64,000 nt of DNA from Pseudomonadota bacterium (GTDB lineage Bacteria > Pseudomonadota > Gammaproteobacteria > QQUJ01), in contig QQUJ01000018.1 in the NCBI GenBank assembly GCA_008501635.1, forward strand, positions 248,680-312,679. The letters are read 5' to 3'. The notes beneath the pieces were generated by a model that did no database searches, was not told where the DNA came from, and saw nothing but the letters and a program-made list of their open reading frames with translations. Position numbers and translations under genes: made by a program. Shown in pieces: positions 1 to 10,910 of the stretch (position 1 is the stretch's first letter; every line of letters starts with the position of its first letter).

Positions 1-868
1 AGTGCAGGCGGTTTTCGGCCTCATCCCACACGACGCTCTGTGGTCCGTCGATGACCTCCGCGGCGACCTCTTCGCCACGGTGGGCCGGCAGGCAATGCAT
101 AAACAGTGCTTCGTCATGGGCTTGAGCCATTATCGCGGCGTTGACCTGATAGGGGGCGAAGGCCTTGATGCGCTGCTGTTGCTCCTCCTCCTGACCCATG
201 CTTGCCCACACATCGGTCACTATCAGGTCGGCATCCTTGGCTGCCGCCATCGGGTCACTGATCAGTTCGACGCTATCGTTGGCGCGCTCGACGATGGCGG
301 CTTGCGGCGAGTAACCATCAGGAGAGGCGATACGTAGCCTGAAACCGAGTAGTACGGCAGCATTAATGTAACTGTGGCACATATTGTTGCCATCGCCGAT
401 CCAGGCCACGGTCCGGCCGCGTATCGACCCGCGGTATTCGTGATAGGTCTGCATGTCGGCCAGCAGTTGACAGGGATGGTAACTATCGGTGAGTGCGTTA
501 ATTACTGGCACGCTGGCATGGGTGGCAAAGCGCTCCAGCTTTTCGTGCTCAAACGTACGTATCACCAGCACATCGACCATGCGTGACAATACCCGGGCGG
601 TATCCTCCATTGGTTCGCCCCGCCCCAGCTGAGTGTCACGCGGGGAAAGAAAGATCGCACCGCCGCCGAGCTGAATCATTCCCGCTTCAAACGATACTCG
701 GGTTCGGGTTGATGATTTCTCGAACACCATGCCCAGCACGCGCTGTCCGAACGGGGCGTAGTTCTCACGGCGTCGATGCTTCATGCGCAATTCGCTGGCG
801 CGATTGATGAGACGCTCGAACTCCGCCGATGAGAGGTCGCGCAGAGTGAGGAAGTGGCGTGGTGACAT
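1..868 (-). CDS. argF: ornithine carbamoyltransferase; the 3' end lies outside the window
   Basis: Minus-strand translation from the ATG at 866-868 gives [29 protein letters not shown]... and further on the STRTRVSFE carbamoyl-phosphate-binding motif. It lies 15 nt downstream of the argD stop, so it is probably operonic. Confidence 0.85.
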   Translation of the reverse strand, partial: MSPRHFLTLRDLSSAEFERLINRASELRMKHRRRENYAPFGQRVLGMVFEKSSTRTRVSFEAGMIQLGGGAIFLSPRDTQLGRGEPMEDTARVLSRMVDVLVIRTFEHEKLERFATHASVPVINALTDSYHPCQLLADMQTYHEYRGSIRGRTVAWIGDGNNMCHSYINAAVLLGFRLRIASPDGYSPQAAIVERANDSVELISDPMAAAKDADLIVTDVWASMGQEEEQQQRIKAFAPYQVNAAIMAQAHDEALFMHCLPAHRGEEVAAEVIDGPQSVVWDEAENRLH

Positions 869-882
869 GATCAGGCTATGCG

Positions 883-2058
883 TCAGGCGCCGAGAAACTC
901 ACGAATCACGGCGCTGACGCCGTTGACGATCTGATCGGCTTCTTCGGTGGAGATGATCAGCGGCGGCAGCAGTCGTATGACCCGCTCCGCTGTTACGTTG
1001 ATGAGCAGGCTCTGCTCGAGTGCGAGGGCTACCAGTTCTTTGCAGGGTTGCTCCAACTCGATGCCGATCATCAGCCCATGACCGCGGATCGTTTTAACAC
1101 CCTTGATGCCACCCAGGGAATCATTGAAACCTGCGAGCATGCGCTGACCCAACTCCTCCGCGCGCGCGGCGAGGTTCTCTTTCTGCAGTATCTGCAGCAC
1201 CGTGAGTGCCACCCGGCAGGCAAGCGGATTGCCACCGAAGGTAGAGCCATGATTGCCGGGTTTGAATGCTCTGGCCGCTGCGCCACGGGCAAGGCAGACG
1301 GCGACCGGGAACCCGTTGCCCAATCCTTTGGCGAGGGTCAGGACGTCGGGCGTGATACCGGCATGCTGGAAGGCGAACATCTGCCCGGTACGGCTGATAC
1401 CGCTCTGAATCTCGTCGAGCATCATCAGCCACTCGTGATGATTGCAGATCTCGCGCACTCCGTGCAGGTAGCCGACCTCGGGGATGCGGATACCCCCTTC
1501 GCCCTGTATCGGTTCGAGCAGCACGGCGACGACATCCGGCGTGTTGCCGGCGACAGTCTCCAGCGCTTTCAAATCGCCGAAAGGCACGCGCACGAACCCG
1601 CTGACCAGGGGTTCGAAACCGGCCTGGACCTTGCGGTTGCCGGTCGCCGTCAGCGTCGCCAACGTGCGGCCGTGAAACGCCTGTTCCATCACCACGATGA
1701 CTGGCTTGTCGATATTGCGCTGATGGCCATAGAGACGGGCGATTTTGATCGCCGCTTCGTTGGCCTCGGCACCGGAGTTGGCGAGAAAAGCGTTGTCCAT
1801 TCCCGACAGGGCGGTGAGCTCCGCCGCCAGTTGGGTCTGTAGCGGGATCTCGTAAATATTGGAGGTGTGCAGCAGGCGGCGCGCCTGATCGCAGATGGCG
1901 TCGGCAATCAGCGGATGAGCATGACCCAACCCGCAGACCGCGATGCCGGCCAGGGCGTCGAGGTATTTTTTTCCGTTCTTGTCCCACAACCACGCGCCTT
2001 CCCCGCGGTCGAAGGCCACGGGAAGCCGGGCGTAGGTCTGCATGAGCGGGCTGTTCAT
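883..2058 (-). CDS. argD: acetylornithine/succinylornithine aminotransferase (class III PLP aminotransferase)
   Basis: The 394-aa ORF has full-length similarity to ArgD/AruC (DEIQSG, lysine region). The start was moved to the ATG at 2058 ([13 protein letters not shown]...), which has a GGGTG Shine-Dalgarno; the ORF-track start at 2067 is a GTG three codons upstream. Confidence 0.85.
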   Translation of the reverse strand: MNSPLMQTYARLPVAFDRGEGAWLWDKNGKKYLDALAGIAVCGLGHAHPLIADAICDQARRLLHTSNIYEIPLQTQLAAELTALSGMDNAFLANSGAEANEAAIKIARLYGHQRNIDKPVIVVMEQAFHGRTLATLTATGNRKVQAGFEPLVSGFVRVPFGDLKALETVAGNTPDVVAVLLEPIQGEGGIRIPEVGYLHGVREICNHHEWLMMLDEIQSGISRTGQMFAFQHAGITPDVLTLAKGLGNGFPVAVCLARGAAARAFKPGNHGSTFGGNPLACRVALTVLQILQKENLAARAEELGQRMLAGFNDSLGGIKGVKTIRGHGLMIGIELEQPCKELVALALEQSLLINVTAERVIRLLPPLIISTEEADQIVNGVSAVIREFLGA

Positions 2059-2220
2059 GGCGATCACCCTGTGGCTATACCGTAAAACAAAAAAGCAGCC
2101 CCCTGAGAGGCCGCCATTTAGCCGAATTGGAAATTCTAACGGTGTATTTGGCTCTGCGTAAACCCTGCGACCATCGTCTGTTCGCTGGTAACGGCCTTAG
2201 CGCCAGGGATTGTGCTGCAT

Positions 2221-2252
2221 CCCCCGCGAGCCGGGAGGCGGGCTCGCGGGGG
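2221..2252 (-). terminator. GC-rich hairpin with a perfect 12-bp stem and 8-nt loop, 27 nt past the sodB stop. It is a candidate terminator or protective stem-loop but has no U-tract.
   Basis: cccccgcgagcc-gggaggcg-ggctcgcggggg read directly in the sequence. No T-run follows on either strand. Confidence 0.3.
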
Positions 2253-2278
2253 TTGTGCGCCGGGTTGCGGCATGCGTA

Positions 2279-2857
2279 TCAGAGGTTCGACGCCGCAAAA
2301 TCCCAGTTCACAAGGTTCCAGAATGCTTCCACGTACTTGGGTCGCGCATTGCGGTAATCGATGTAGTAGGCGTGCTCCCAGACATCGCAGGTGAGTAGAG
2401 GTGTCTGGCCGTTGGTCATGGGGTTGCCCGCGTTGCCGGTCTGTACGATTTCCAGACCGCCATTGGCATTCTTTACCAACCAGGCCCATCCGGAGCCGAA
2501 TTGAGTGACCGCGGCCTTGGTAAAGGCCTCCTTGAAGGCGTCGAGGGAGCCAAATGCCTTGTCGATGCCGGTTGCCAGGGCGCCGCTGGGGGCGCCGCCA
2601 CCGTTGGGCGAGAGGCTGTTCCAGTAAAAGGTGTGGTTCCATACCTGGGCCGCGTTGTTGAACAGGCCTCCGGCGGGAGCCTTGCGAATGATCTCCTCGA
2701 GCGTCGCGTTGGCGAACTCGGTGTCCTTGATCAGGTTGTTCAGATTCACCACGTAGGTGTTGTGATGCTTGCCATGGTGAAAGTCCAGTGTCTCGGCCGA
2801 GATGTGCGGCTCCAGCGCGTTCTTTTCGTAGGGTAGTGGGGGCAGTGTGTGCTCCAT
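2279..2857 (-). CDS. sodB: Fe/Mn superoxide dismutase
   Basis: [32 protein letters not shown]...DVWEHAYY are textbook Fe/Mn-SOD motifs. The start was set at the internal ATG (2855-2857), giving 192 aa; the ORF-track ORF extends 96 codons further upstream without homology. Confidence 0.9.
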   Translation of the reverse strand: MEHTLPPLPYEKNALEPHISAETLDFHHGKHHNTYVVNLNNLIKDTEFANATLEEIIRKAPAGGLFNNAAQVWNHTFYWNSLSPNGGGAPSGALATGIDKAFGSLDAFKEAFTKAAVTQFGSGWAWLVKNANGGLEIVQTGNAGNPMTNGQTPLLTCDVWEHAYYIDYRNARPKYVEAFWNLVNWDFAASNL

Positions 2858-3077
2858 GATCTTCACTCCTTGATGAGAGTTTTGGGGAGAGTCAGTTCGT
2901 TTGAATCGATAACAAAATCGTAGTCGCTTGCCTGTAATGCCACATTGAGCTACATCAGCTAAACCCAATATAACAATGTAGTTTAGTCGGAAATATAGCA
3001 GTTGTTGGGACGGTGGTAAGATAGCCGCCCTTGCGCGGTTGGTGGACCGTGCCGATGTTGACCTGTCCGAGGTGGTT

Positions 3078-4865
3078 ATGTGCGGGATCTGTGGTGAGCT
3101 GCGCTTTGACAGTGCCAGAGGTGATCTGGCTGCCCTCGGGCGCATGCTGGAGCCGCTGAAACGGCGCGGACCCGATCATGAAGGGTGCTATACCGATGGA
3201 CCGGTGGCGTTGGGGCATCGACGCCTCGCCATCATCGATCTCTCCGAGAGATCCAACCAACCGCTGGTCGATAGCGATCTGGGTCTGGTGCTGGTCTTCA
3301 ATGGCACGATCTACAACTATCCCGAGTTACGTCACGAGTTGATCGATCTGGGCTATCACTTCTTCTCTCACGGCGACAGTGAGGTGATCGTCAAGGCCTA
3401 CCACGCCTGGGGAGAGCGCTGTGTTGAACGCTTTCTCGGCATGTTCGCTTTTGGTATCTGGGATCTGCACAACCAGCGGCTTTTTCTGGCGCGTGACCGC
3501 ATGGGCATCAAACCCCTTTACTACGCGCGGTCGGGGCGCTGGTTGCGTTTTGCCTCGAACACCCAGTCCTTGCTGGCAGCCGGTGGGATCGATGCGGGAA
3601 TCGATCCCGTTGGCCTGCATCACCAACTGACCCTGCATGCGGTGATTCCCGCGCCGCACACGATCCTCAAGGGTGTGCGCAAGGTGGCGCCGGGAACCAC
3701 GCTTACGGTGACTCGCGACGGCAAGGTTCAAGAGCGGGTCTACTGGCGGCTGCATGCCGCTCGCCCCAGGGAGGCGCGCGACGAACAGCAGTGGATCGAC
3801 GATGTCCACGAGGCGCTCAAGCGTGCTGTGGATCGGCGCCTGCGCATCGCCGATGTGCCGGTTGGGGTGCTGTTGTCGGGCGGTCTCGATTCGAGCCTGC
3901 TGGTGGGGTTGCTCGCGGAAGCGGGGGTGGAGGACCTGCTGACCTTCTCCGTTGGATTTGAGGATCAACCCGAGGAGAAGGGCAGCGAATTCGAGTATTC
4001 CGATCAGGTGGTGGAGCGTTTCCACACGCGACACCACAAGTTTCTGATCCCCAACGATAGCGTGCTCGATCGGCTGCCCGAGGCGGTGGATCAGATGGCC
4101 GAGCCGATGGTGGGTCAGGACGCCGTTGCCTTCTATCTGCTGGCAGAGCGGGTATCACGTGAGGTGAAGGTGGTGCAGAGCGGTCAGGGGGCTGACGAGG
4201 TCTTTGGCGGCTACTTCTGGTACCCGCGCATGGCGGCTGAGACCGAGGGCGCGCCGGTGGATCGGTTTCGCAAGCACTATTTCGATCGCGACCATGACGA
4301 GTTTCTCGCCACCGTGGCCCGACCCTTCCACGGTGCTGATCATACCGCGATGCGCATCGCCGAATTGCTCAGCGAAGAGGGTGCAGAGACCTTCATCGAT
4401 GCCGTGCTGCGCCTCGATGTTACTACGCTGATCGTCGATGACCCGGTCAAGCGTGTCGATAACATGACCATGGCCTGGGGCCTGGAGGCACGGGTGCCGT
4501 TCCTTGATCATGAGCTGGTCGCACTGGCGATGCAGATGCCTCCCGAGCTCAAACTGCGCGCTGGCGGCAAGTATCCGCTCAAAGCCATCGCGCGCGGGTT
4601 GCTGCCCGATGCCGTGATCGACCGACCAAAGGGTTATTTTCCGGTACCGGCCCTCAAATTCGTGCGCGGTGAGTTTCTCGCCTTCATGCGTGAAATCCTC
4701 AATTCCACGGCGTGCCGGCAGCGCGGACTTTTTCGGCGCAACTACGTTGAGAAGCTGCTCGCCGAGCCCGAATCCCATCACACCCGTATTTTGGGCAGTA
4801 AACTCTGGCATTTGGCGTTGTTGGAGCTATGGTTGCAGCGTAACGTCGACACAGTGGCCAACTGA
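3078..4865 (+). CDS. asparagine synthase (glutamine-hydrolysing) family amidotransferase (AsnB-like)
   Basis: It starts MCGICG (Ntn-hydrolase nucleophile Cys2) after a GAGGTGG Shine-Dalgarno. It has an SGGLDSS PP-loop and is ~595 aa. Confidence 0.8.
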   Translation: MCGICGELRFDSARGDLAALGRMLEPLKRRGPDHEGCYTDGPVALGHRRLAIIDLSERSNQPLVDSDLGLVLVFNGTIYNYPELRHELIDLGYHFFSHGDSEVIVKAYHAWGERCVERFLGMFAFGIWDLHNQRLFLARDRMGIKPLYYARSGRWLRFASNTQSLLAAGGIDAGIDPVGLHHQLTLHAVIPAPHTILKGVRKVAPGTTLTVTRDGKVQERVYWRLHAARPREARDEQQWIDDVHEALKRAVDRRLRIADVPVGVLLSGGLDSSLLVGLLAEAGVEDLLTFSVGFEDQPEEKGSEFEYSDQVVERFHTRHHKFLIPNDSVLDRLPEAVDQMAEPMVGQDAVAFYLLAERVSREVKVVQSGQGADEVFGGYFWYPRMAAETEGAPVDRFRKHYFDRDHDEFLATVARPFHGADHTAMRIAELLSEEGAETFIDAVLRLDVTTLIVDDPVKRVDNMTMAWGLEARVPFLDHELVALAMQMPPELKLRAGGKYPLKAIARGLLPDAVIDRPKGYFPVPALKFVRGEFLAFMREILNSTACRQRGLFRRNYVEKLLAEPESHHTRILGSKLWHLALLELWLQRNVDTVAN

Positions 4866-4972
4866 TGGGCTGCCATCGAGAATCATTTTCAGTTAGACTG
4901 AGTCTATTGAAACTACAGTGTTCACTGGTCAGCGAAATTTCTCCCCCGTAGCAATCTGAATGAGGTAACCGA

Positions 4973-5299
4973 ATGGACGTACTTGATCGCATCCGTCAAC
5001 AGGTGGAGGGAAATCCCGTCGTTCTCTACATGAAAGGCACCCCCCAGTTTCCCATGTGCGGTTACTCCAGCCGCGCATCCCAAGCACTGGCGGCCTGCGG
5101 CGAAGATTTCTTTTACGTCAACGTGTTGGAAGATCCGGAGATCTTCGAGAATCTTCCGCGCTATGCCGATTGGCCCACCTTTCCGCAGCTCTACATCAAT
5201 GGCGAACTGATGGGTGGTTGCGATATCACCCTTGAGCTCCACCAGAAGGGTGATCTGCAGAAGTTGGTCAAGGAGGCAGTCGCAGGCAGCGCCGCTTGA
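4973..5299 (+). CDS. grxD: monothiol glutaredoxin (Grx4 family)
   Basis: 108 aa with a CGYS active site (CGFS-type) and WPTFPQLYINGELMGGCDI. Confidence 0.9.
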   Translation: MDVLDRIRQQVEGNPVVLYMKGTPQFPMCGYSSRASQALAACGEDFFYVNVLEDPEIFENLPRYADWPTFPQLYINGELMGGCDITLELHQKGDLQKLVKEAVAGSAA

Positions 5300-5335
5300 G
5301 AGTGGTCTGACAGTGCGGATCGGGGTCGGCAGCCT

Positions 5336-5986
5336 TTACCCGAAGGCAGCCGGCCTCGACTCTTCCGCCGAGTCTTCGAGATCCTTCCAGCGATTGACGA
5401 TCAGGCAAAAAAGCTCGGCTGTGCGCTTGGCGTCATAGATGGCGGAATGCGCCTGATTGTTGTCCCAATCCATACCCGCGGCCTGCACCACTCGCGACAG
5501 CACCGTCTGTCCGTATACCAGTCCTCCCAGCGTTGCCGTGTCGAAGCTGCTGAAGGGGTGGAAGGGATTGCGCTTGATCTCAGCCCGTTCTACAGCGGCG
5601 TTGAGAAAGGCGAGATCGAAAAGCGGGTTATGTCCGACCAGAATGGCCCGCGAACAGTTGGCCCTGCTTACTGCGCGGCGCACCGGCCGGAAGATGTCTT
5701 TCAGTGCCTCCTGTTCCGGCAACGCTTCCCGGAACGGGTGATAGGGATCGATACCGTTGAACGCCAGCGACTCCTCGCTGAGATGTGCGCCCGGGAAGGG
5801 CAGGATATGCGACGCGTAGGCAGGACCCGGCCGCAGGTAGCCTTGATCATCCATGTCGAGGATAACGGCGGCGATCTCCAGCAGAGCGTCGGTCTGAGGA
5901 TTGAGTCCGGCGGTTTCAACGTCCACCACGACCGGGAGGAAGCTCCGAAACCGTGAGGCAATAGGTGCTCTGTTGGTGATTGACAT
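5336..5986 (-). CDS. rnt: ribonuclease T
   Basis: [16 protein letters not shown] exonuclease motif, 216 aa. It lies next to grxD and pyrC, as I recall for Pseudomonas-type genomes. Confidence 0.9.
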   Translation of the reverse strand: MSITNRAPIASRFRSFLPVVVDVETAGLNPQTDALLEIAAVILDMDDQGYLRPGPAYASHILPFPGAHLSEESLAFNGIDPYHPFREALPEQEALKDIFRPVRRAVSRANCSRAILVGHNPLFDLAFLNAAVERAEIKRNPFHPFSSFDTATLGGLVYGQTVLSRVVQAAGMDWDNNQAHSAIYDAKRTAELFCLIVNRWKDLEDSAEESRPAAFG

Positions 5987-6073
5987 CGACTCCCGCGTCT
6001 TTCGCTTGGGTAGACAGTTGCTCCAAGGCTAGGACTCTAACACAATCCTGATTAAGCCTGTAAGGAATAGGGC

Positions 6074-7114
6074 TTACGCCGTCATTACGCTCCAGACGAT
6101 CGTCTCGCCCGCCCGCAGCGGGATCAACCCCCCATCGGGGTAGGGGTAACTTTCCGCGACGGGGTAGGCCCGGCGCTCCAGGGTGACTTTGTCACTGTTG
6201 CGCTCCAGGCCGTAGAAGTCGGCGCCGTGGAATGCGGCAAAGCCTTCCAACCGGTTCAGAGCTCCCGCCTGCTCGAAGGCCTCGGCATAAAGTTCAAGGG
6301 CGCCGTGGGCGGTGTAGATGCCCGCACAGCCACAGGCCGTTTCCTTGCCCTTGCGGGCATGCGGCGCACTGTCGGTTCCGAGAAAAAACTTCGGATTGCC
6401 ACTGGTTGCGGCGGCGAGCAGTGCCTGGCGATGCTCCTCACGTTTGAGGACGGGCAGGCAGAACAGGTGCGGGCGGATACCGCCGTGGAAAAGTGCATTG
6501 CGATTGTAGAGCAGGTGATGGGCGGTCAGCGTGGCCGCGACGCGCGCCGGTGCCTGCTGGACGAACTCGATGCCCTGGCGGGTGGTGACATGTTCGAGCA
6601 CCACGCGCAAACCCTGAAACCGTTCGATCAGCGGTGCCAGCTGTCGTTCGATAAAGACCGCTTCGCGATCGAAGACATCGACCTTCGGATCGGTCACCTC
6701 GCCATGCACCAGCAGCGGCAGATCGTGATGCTCCATCGCTTCGAGCGCCGGGAGGATGTTCTCAATGGCAGTGACACCCGAAGCGGAATGCGTGGTCGCG
6801 CCGGCCGGGTAGAGTTTGGCGGCGTGAACCTGCCCGGATTCGCGCGCCTTGCGGATCTCCTGCGGGTCGGCGTGATCGGTCAGATAGAGTGTCATCAACG
6901 GCTCGAAGCCGTTGCCTGCGGGCACCGCGGCGAGGATACGTTGCCGGTAGGCGAGCGCCTGCTCGACGGTCGTCACGGGCGGGCGCAGGTTGGGCATGAT
7001 GATCGCGCGACCGAACACCCTTGCGGTATGCGGTACGACGGTGGTCAGCGCCGCGCCGTCGCGCACATGCAGGTGCCAATCGTCGGGGCGGGTGAGGGTC
7101 AGGGAGTCTATCAC
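6074..7114 (-). CDS. pyrC: dihydroorotase (class II, homodimeric type)
   Basis: [12 protein letters not shown] and DSAPH motifs with full-length similarity to E. coli PyrC. The start was chosen at the GTG at 7114 (GAGG 6 nt upstream); a TTG at 7129 is an alternative. Confidence 0.85.
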   Translation of the reverse strand: MIDSLTLTRPDDWHLHVRDGAALTTVVPHTARVFGRAIIMPNLRPPVTTVEQALAYRQRILAAVPAGNGFEPLMTLYLTDHADPQEIRKARESGQVHAAKLYPAGATTHSASGVTAIENILPALEAMEHHDLPLLVHGEVTDPKVDVFDREAVFIERQLAPLIERFQGLRVVLEHVTTRQGIEFVQQAPARVAATLTAHHLLYNRNALFHGGIRPHLFCLPVLKREEHRQALLAAATSGNPKFFLGTDSAPHARKGKETACGCAGIYTAHGALELYAEAFEQAGALNRLEGFAAFHGADFYGLERNSDKVTLERRAYPVAESYPYPDGGLIPLRAGETIVWSVMTA

Positions 7115-7176
7115 TTCGAGCCTCGTCAACGCGGCGGTTCTGTAGCTGGGAGTAGCGCCATTCTATCCGACGCTGT

Positions 7177-8667
7177 TCACGCCGTCTTTTCCAGGTGACG
7201 ACCCAGTAACAGTTCCAGCGTGTACCGCACGCCAAAACCGGTTACATCGGTGGGGATGTGGCCGAGGCCGCCGCGGTTGCGACCGGCGCCAAGATCGATA
7301 TGTACCCAGGGGATCGCCGCATCGATAAAGCGCTGCAGGAAACGTGCGGCGAGGATGTGATCCGCCTCGCCCTCCAGCGTGCACTGCTTGATGTCGGCGA
7401 TGGTGCTCTCCAGCGCATCGTCGAAATCCTTGTCGTTGGGAAAGGTCCAGACTCTTTCACCACTGTGACGTCCCGCCTCGATCAATGGAGCATGGTAGTC
7501 GTCGCGATTGGTGACGATGCCGCTGTAACGGGTGCCCAGGGCGTGGATACAGGCACCGGTGAGCGTCGCATAGTCGATGATCAGTCGTGGTTTTTCCTTG
7601 CTGGCAATGGCCAGGGTATCGGCGAGCACCATACGGCCCTCGGCATCGGTGTGCACCACCTCGATGGTCGTACCGTTGCTGGCCGTGACGACGTCGTTGG
7701 GTTTGTAGGCGCGGGGCCCGATATGGTTCTGTGCCAGCGCCAGCCAGCAGTCGATGGGAAATCCGACACGCAGCTGTGTGAGTGCCAGCAGCGTACCCAA
7801 CGCTACCGCACTGCCCTCCATGTCTTCGTGCATGTTGAACATGCCGCGCGCCGGTTTGAGGTTCACGCCCCCGGTATCGAAACAGAGTCCCTTGCCCACC
7901 AGGGCGATCGGTTTCCCTTTCGGCTTGGCGGGGCGGTAACGCAGTTTTACGATGCCGGCATCACGCTCTTCGCTGCCCTGCACGACCGCGAGAAAGGCCC
8001 CTGCTTTACGCCGCTTGAGTTGTCCAATGTCGTAAAACGTCATCTGCCAGCCGTGTTGTCGGGCGAGTCGGGTAACCTCCTTGCGATAGAGCGCCGGTGT
8101 CAATGTGTTGCCAGGCATCAGCGTCAGCCGCCGTGCCAACTCGTTGCCCGCTGCCTCGGCGAGCAGTCGATTGCCGGCGATGCGTGTTTTGATGTTGAAG
8201 AGCGCGATGGTCTGTAGTTTTTGCGGCGCCTTGGCTTTGCTCTTGAAATGGGGAAGATCGACGCAGCCTGCCAGTGACGCTGCGACCAGCGCCTCCGCGA
8301 CGCGCTCGTTGAGTCGTTCGTCTTCGAGGCAAACCATGACCGGCAGGGCCGCGACTGTATTTTGCGCTGATTCGGCCACAGCCTTGCGCGCTGCGGTCAG
8401 CAGCATATAGGTATCCGACTCGTCGGCGACCGCGAGTGCAACGACGCGGGTCGCACGGTTGTTGGACAGGTCGAACACGACGATCGAGCCGTTGGCGAAG
8501 TCGGATGCGCGCTGTTTGATTCGTCGCAGCATCTCTGCCCCATACGGCAATTCCTGTTTCCGTACGGCGTTCAGATCGGGCGGTAACGCCAGCACCACGG
8601 TCGCGTACCGATCGAGGGTGCGTTCGCTGGGTAGTCGAGCGGATTGGCGGATGCGGATTGGTTTCAT
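7177..8667 (-). CDS. M17 leucyl aminopeptidase family protein (PepA/PepB-like)
   Basis: It carries the NTDAEGR signature (VVHTDAEGRMVLAD) and GKGLCFDTGG, at 496 aa. An AAGG Shine-Dalgarno precedes the ATG. Confidence 0.8.
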   Translation of the reverse strand: MKPIRIRQSARLPSERTLDRYATVVLALPPDLNAVRKQELPYGAEMLRRIKQRASDFANGSIVVFDLSNNRATRVVALAVADESDTYMLLTAARKAVAESAQNTVAALPVMVCLEDERLNERVAEALVAASLAGCVDLPHFKSKAKAPQKLQTIALFNIKTRIAGNRLLAEAAGNELARRLTLMPGNTLTPALYRKEVTRLARQHGWQMTFYDIGQLKRRKAGAFLAVVQGSEERDAGIVKLRYRPAKPKGKPIALVGKGLCFDTGGVNLKPARGMFNMHEDMEGSAVALGTLLALTQLRVGFPIDCWLALAQNHIGPRAYKPNDVVTASNGTTIEVVHTDAEGRMVLADTLAIASKEKPRLIIDYATLTGACIHALGTRYSGIVTNRDDYHAPLIEAGRHSGERVWTFPNDKDFDDALESTIADIKQCTLEGEADHILAARFLQRFIDAAIPWVHIDLGAGRNRGGLGHIPTDVTGFGVRYTLELLLGRHLEKTA

Positions 8668-8699
8668 GCCTTATTACCCTTGAGTGACGAAATCGCGCA

Positions 8700-8725
8700 G
8701 CAACTGCGGATCATACGGCAGTTGC
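8700..8725 (+). promoter_or_regulatory. dyad-symmetry element (GCAACTGC-N10-GCAGTTGC) upstream of the aceE-derived ORF; a candidate operator
   Basis: A perfect 8-bp inverted repeat read from the sequence. Its function is unknown. Confidence 0.2.
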
Positions 8726-8950
8726 ACTGAAGCTGCAGTGCATCTCGACGGCCTTGACTATACTGGACTGGAAAGGTGCCGGGCGCTGTTCGAACAATCG
8801 ATCTCGCTCGTCGCGTTCAAGTGTATGCGCGGATCCCGTTGGACGATGGATGATACTGGGGAACCGTAGATCGTGTTAGTTGCGTTGCGGTGTGGTCCGC
8901 GCCCAGTACGCGCCGCAACGCATCGATCGCTGGCATCCGAGAGGTGGTTC

Positions 8951-10852
8951 ATGGCAGTCCATCCCGACGTAGATCCCCAGGAAACCCGCGAGTGGCAGAA
9001 TGCCCTCGAGGCTGTACTGGAACGCGAGGGAACGGAGCGGGCGCACTATCTGCTGGAACAACTGATCGACAAGGCACGGCGCTCGGGCGCCTATCTTCCC
9101 TGCAGCGCGCGCACCGCCTGCATCAACACCATTCCTACGAACCAGGAGGAGCGCAATCCGGGCGATAGGGAACTGGAACGACGCATCCGCTCCATCATCC
9201 GTTGGAATGCAACCGCCAAGGTGGTGCGCGCCAACCGCAAGAGCAGCGAACTGGGTGGACATATCGCCAGCTTTGCCTCGGCCGCAACCCTCTACGATGT
9301 GGGATTCAATCATTTCTTCCGCGCCCCGAATGCCGAGCAGGCAGGTGATCTGGTTTTTATCCAGGGCCATTCCGCGCCGGGCATCTACGCCCGTGCCTAT
9401 CTGGAGGGGCGCATCGACGAGACGCAGCTGGAGCGTTTCCGCCAAGAGGTAGCGGGCGGCGGTCTCTCATCCTATCCACACCCCTGGCTGATGCCCGATT
9501 TCTGGCAGTTTTCCACGGTCTCCATGGGTCTCGGGCCGCTGACGGCGATCTATCAGGCACGTTTCATGAAATACCTGGAACATCGTGGAATCATCGAAGC
9601 GTCCAACCACAAGGTCTGGGCGTTCATGGGCGATGGCGAGATGGATGAACCGGAGTCGCTGGGAGCGATTGCTTTGGCGGGGCGCGAAGGGCTCGACAAT
9701 CTCATCTTTGTCATCAACTGCAACCCCCAGCGCCTGGACGGTCCGGTGCGCGGTACCGGCAAGATCATCCAGCAGCTGGAATCCGATTTTCGCGGCGCTG
9801 GATGGAATGCCATCAAAGTGATCTGGGGCTCGTATTGGGATCCGCTTCTGGCGCGCGATACCAAAGGACTGCTGCGCCGGCGTATGGAGGAAGCGGTCGA
9901 TGGCGAATATCAGAAATTCAGGGCCAAAGGCGGCAAGTACACACGCGAGCATTTCTTTGGCAAATTCCCCGAACTCAGGGAGATGGTGGCCAATCTCACC
10001 GATGAGGATATCTGGCGTCTCAATCGCGGAGGCCATGATCCCAACGAGATCTATGCGGCCTACGCCGCCGCGGTCAAGCACACCGGGCAGCCAACGGTCA
10101 TCCTCGCCAAAACGGTGAAGGGTTACGGCATGGGTGAGGCGGGCGAGGGACAGAACATCACCCACCAGCAGAAGAAACTCGACGACGAGTCGTTGCGGCA
10201 TTTCCGCGATCGCTTCAGGATCCCGGTCACCGATGACCAGACCGGCGCAGTGCCGTTCTACAAGCCACCCGCAGACAGCCCTGAGATTCAGCACCTCCAA
10301 CAGTCTCGTGAGAAACTGGGCGGTTACCTGCCGCTGCTTTCATTCCTGATGAAAGCGGCGGTGGCAGCCCTGAAGCGGTACGAGAGTTTCACCGCCTCGC
10401 GCGATCCGGGCGGCGCGCGGCTCATTTTGAAACGCTACTGCCATCTCGGCATCACCGTCGATACGCCCAACGGATTGGTGATGCCGGTGTTGCGGGATGT
10501 CGATCAAAAAGGTCTGTGGACATTGACCGAGGAGCTTGCCGGAATCAGTGACAAGGCGCGCGTCGGCAAGCTTTCACCCATGGAGATGCAGGGAGCGACG
10601 TTTACCGTTTCCAGTCCGGGTGGTATCGGTGGCGTCGCGTTCACGCCCATCGTCAATGTGCCGGAAGTGGCCATCCTTGGTGCCTCGCGCGCTGCGCTCA
10701 AGCCGAGCTGGCGGGGTGGCGAGTTCGTACCCAGGCTGCAGCTGCCGTTGTCGCTCTCTTATGATCACAGGGTCATCGACGGTGCCGCCGCAGCGCGATT
10801 CAGTGCGTTTCTCGCCACGTTGCTGGGTGACATCCGGCGGTTGCTGCTGTGA
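8951..10852 (+). CDS. aceE/aceF: chimeric ORF. The N-terminal ~480 aa of pyruvate dehydrogenase E1 (AceE) are fused in frame to the C-terminal ~175-aa catalytic domain of dihydrolipoamide acetyltransferase E2 (AceF). This is probably an internal-deletion remnant, a functional pseudogene of aceEF.
   Basis: Residues 1-478 (MAVHPDVDPQETREW...REKLGGYLP) align with E. coli AceE 1-~480. The remainder (FLMKAAVAAL...SLSYDHRVIDGAAAARF...DIRRLLL) is the E2 catalytic domain with the DHRxxDG motif. The transketolase-like Pyr/C domains of E1 and the lipoyl and E3-binding domains of E2 are absent. The junction is near nt 10335-10345. Confidence 0.75.
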   Translation: MAVHPDVDPQETREWQNALEAVLEREGTERAHYLLEQLIDKARRSGAYLPCSARTACINTIPTNQEERNPGDRELERRIRSIIRWNATAKVVRANRKSSELGGHIASFASAATLYDVGFNHFFRAPNAEQAGDLVFIQGHSAPGIYARAYLEGRIDETQLERFRQEVAGGGLSSYPHPWLMPDFWQFSTVSMGLGPLTAIYQARFMKYLEHRGIIEASNHKVWAFMGDGEMDEPESLGAIALAGREGLDNLIFVINCNPQRLDGPVRGTGKIIQQLESDFRGAGWNAIKVIWGSYWDPLLARDTKGLLRRRMEEAVDGEYQKFRAKGGKYTREHFFGKFPELREMVANLTDEDIWRLNRGGHDPNEIYAAYAAAVKHTGQPTVILAKTVKGYGMGEAGEGQNITHQQKKLDDESLRHFRDRFRIPVTDDQTGAVPFYKPPADSPEIQHLQQSREKLGGYLPLLSFLMKAAVAALKRYESFTASRDPGGARLILKRYCHLGITVDTPNGLVMPVLRDVDQKGLWTLTEELAGISDKARVGKLSPMEMQGATFTVSSPGGIGGVAFTPIVNVPEVAILGASRAALKPSWRGGEFVPRLQLPLSLSYDHRVIDGAAAARFSAFLATLLGDIRRLLL

Positions 10853-10910
10853 CGATCGCGAGGTAATCGTTTGCATGAACACCGAATTCACCGCTTAACA
10901 GGAGTATGGT

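Noticed and set aside
1048-1993. 264-aa plus ORF and 290-aa minus ORF inside argD
   Set aside because: They overlap argD in other frames or in antisense and yield low-complexity R/G-rich products.
2279-3145. 288-aa version of sodB
   Set aside because: The upstream 96 codons are not SOD-like. The internal ATG ([10 protein letters not shown]) gives the canonical 192-aa Fe/Mn-SOD.
6227-8217. 323-aa and 319-aa plus ORFs
   Set aside because: They are antisense to pyrC and the M17 aminopeptidase.
9467-10300. 277-aa minus ORF
   Set aside because: It is antisense to the aceE-derived region.
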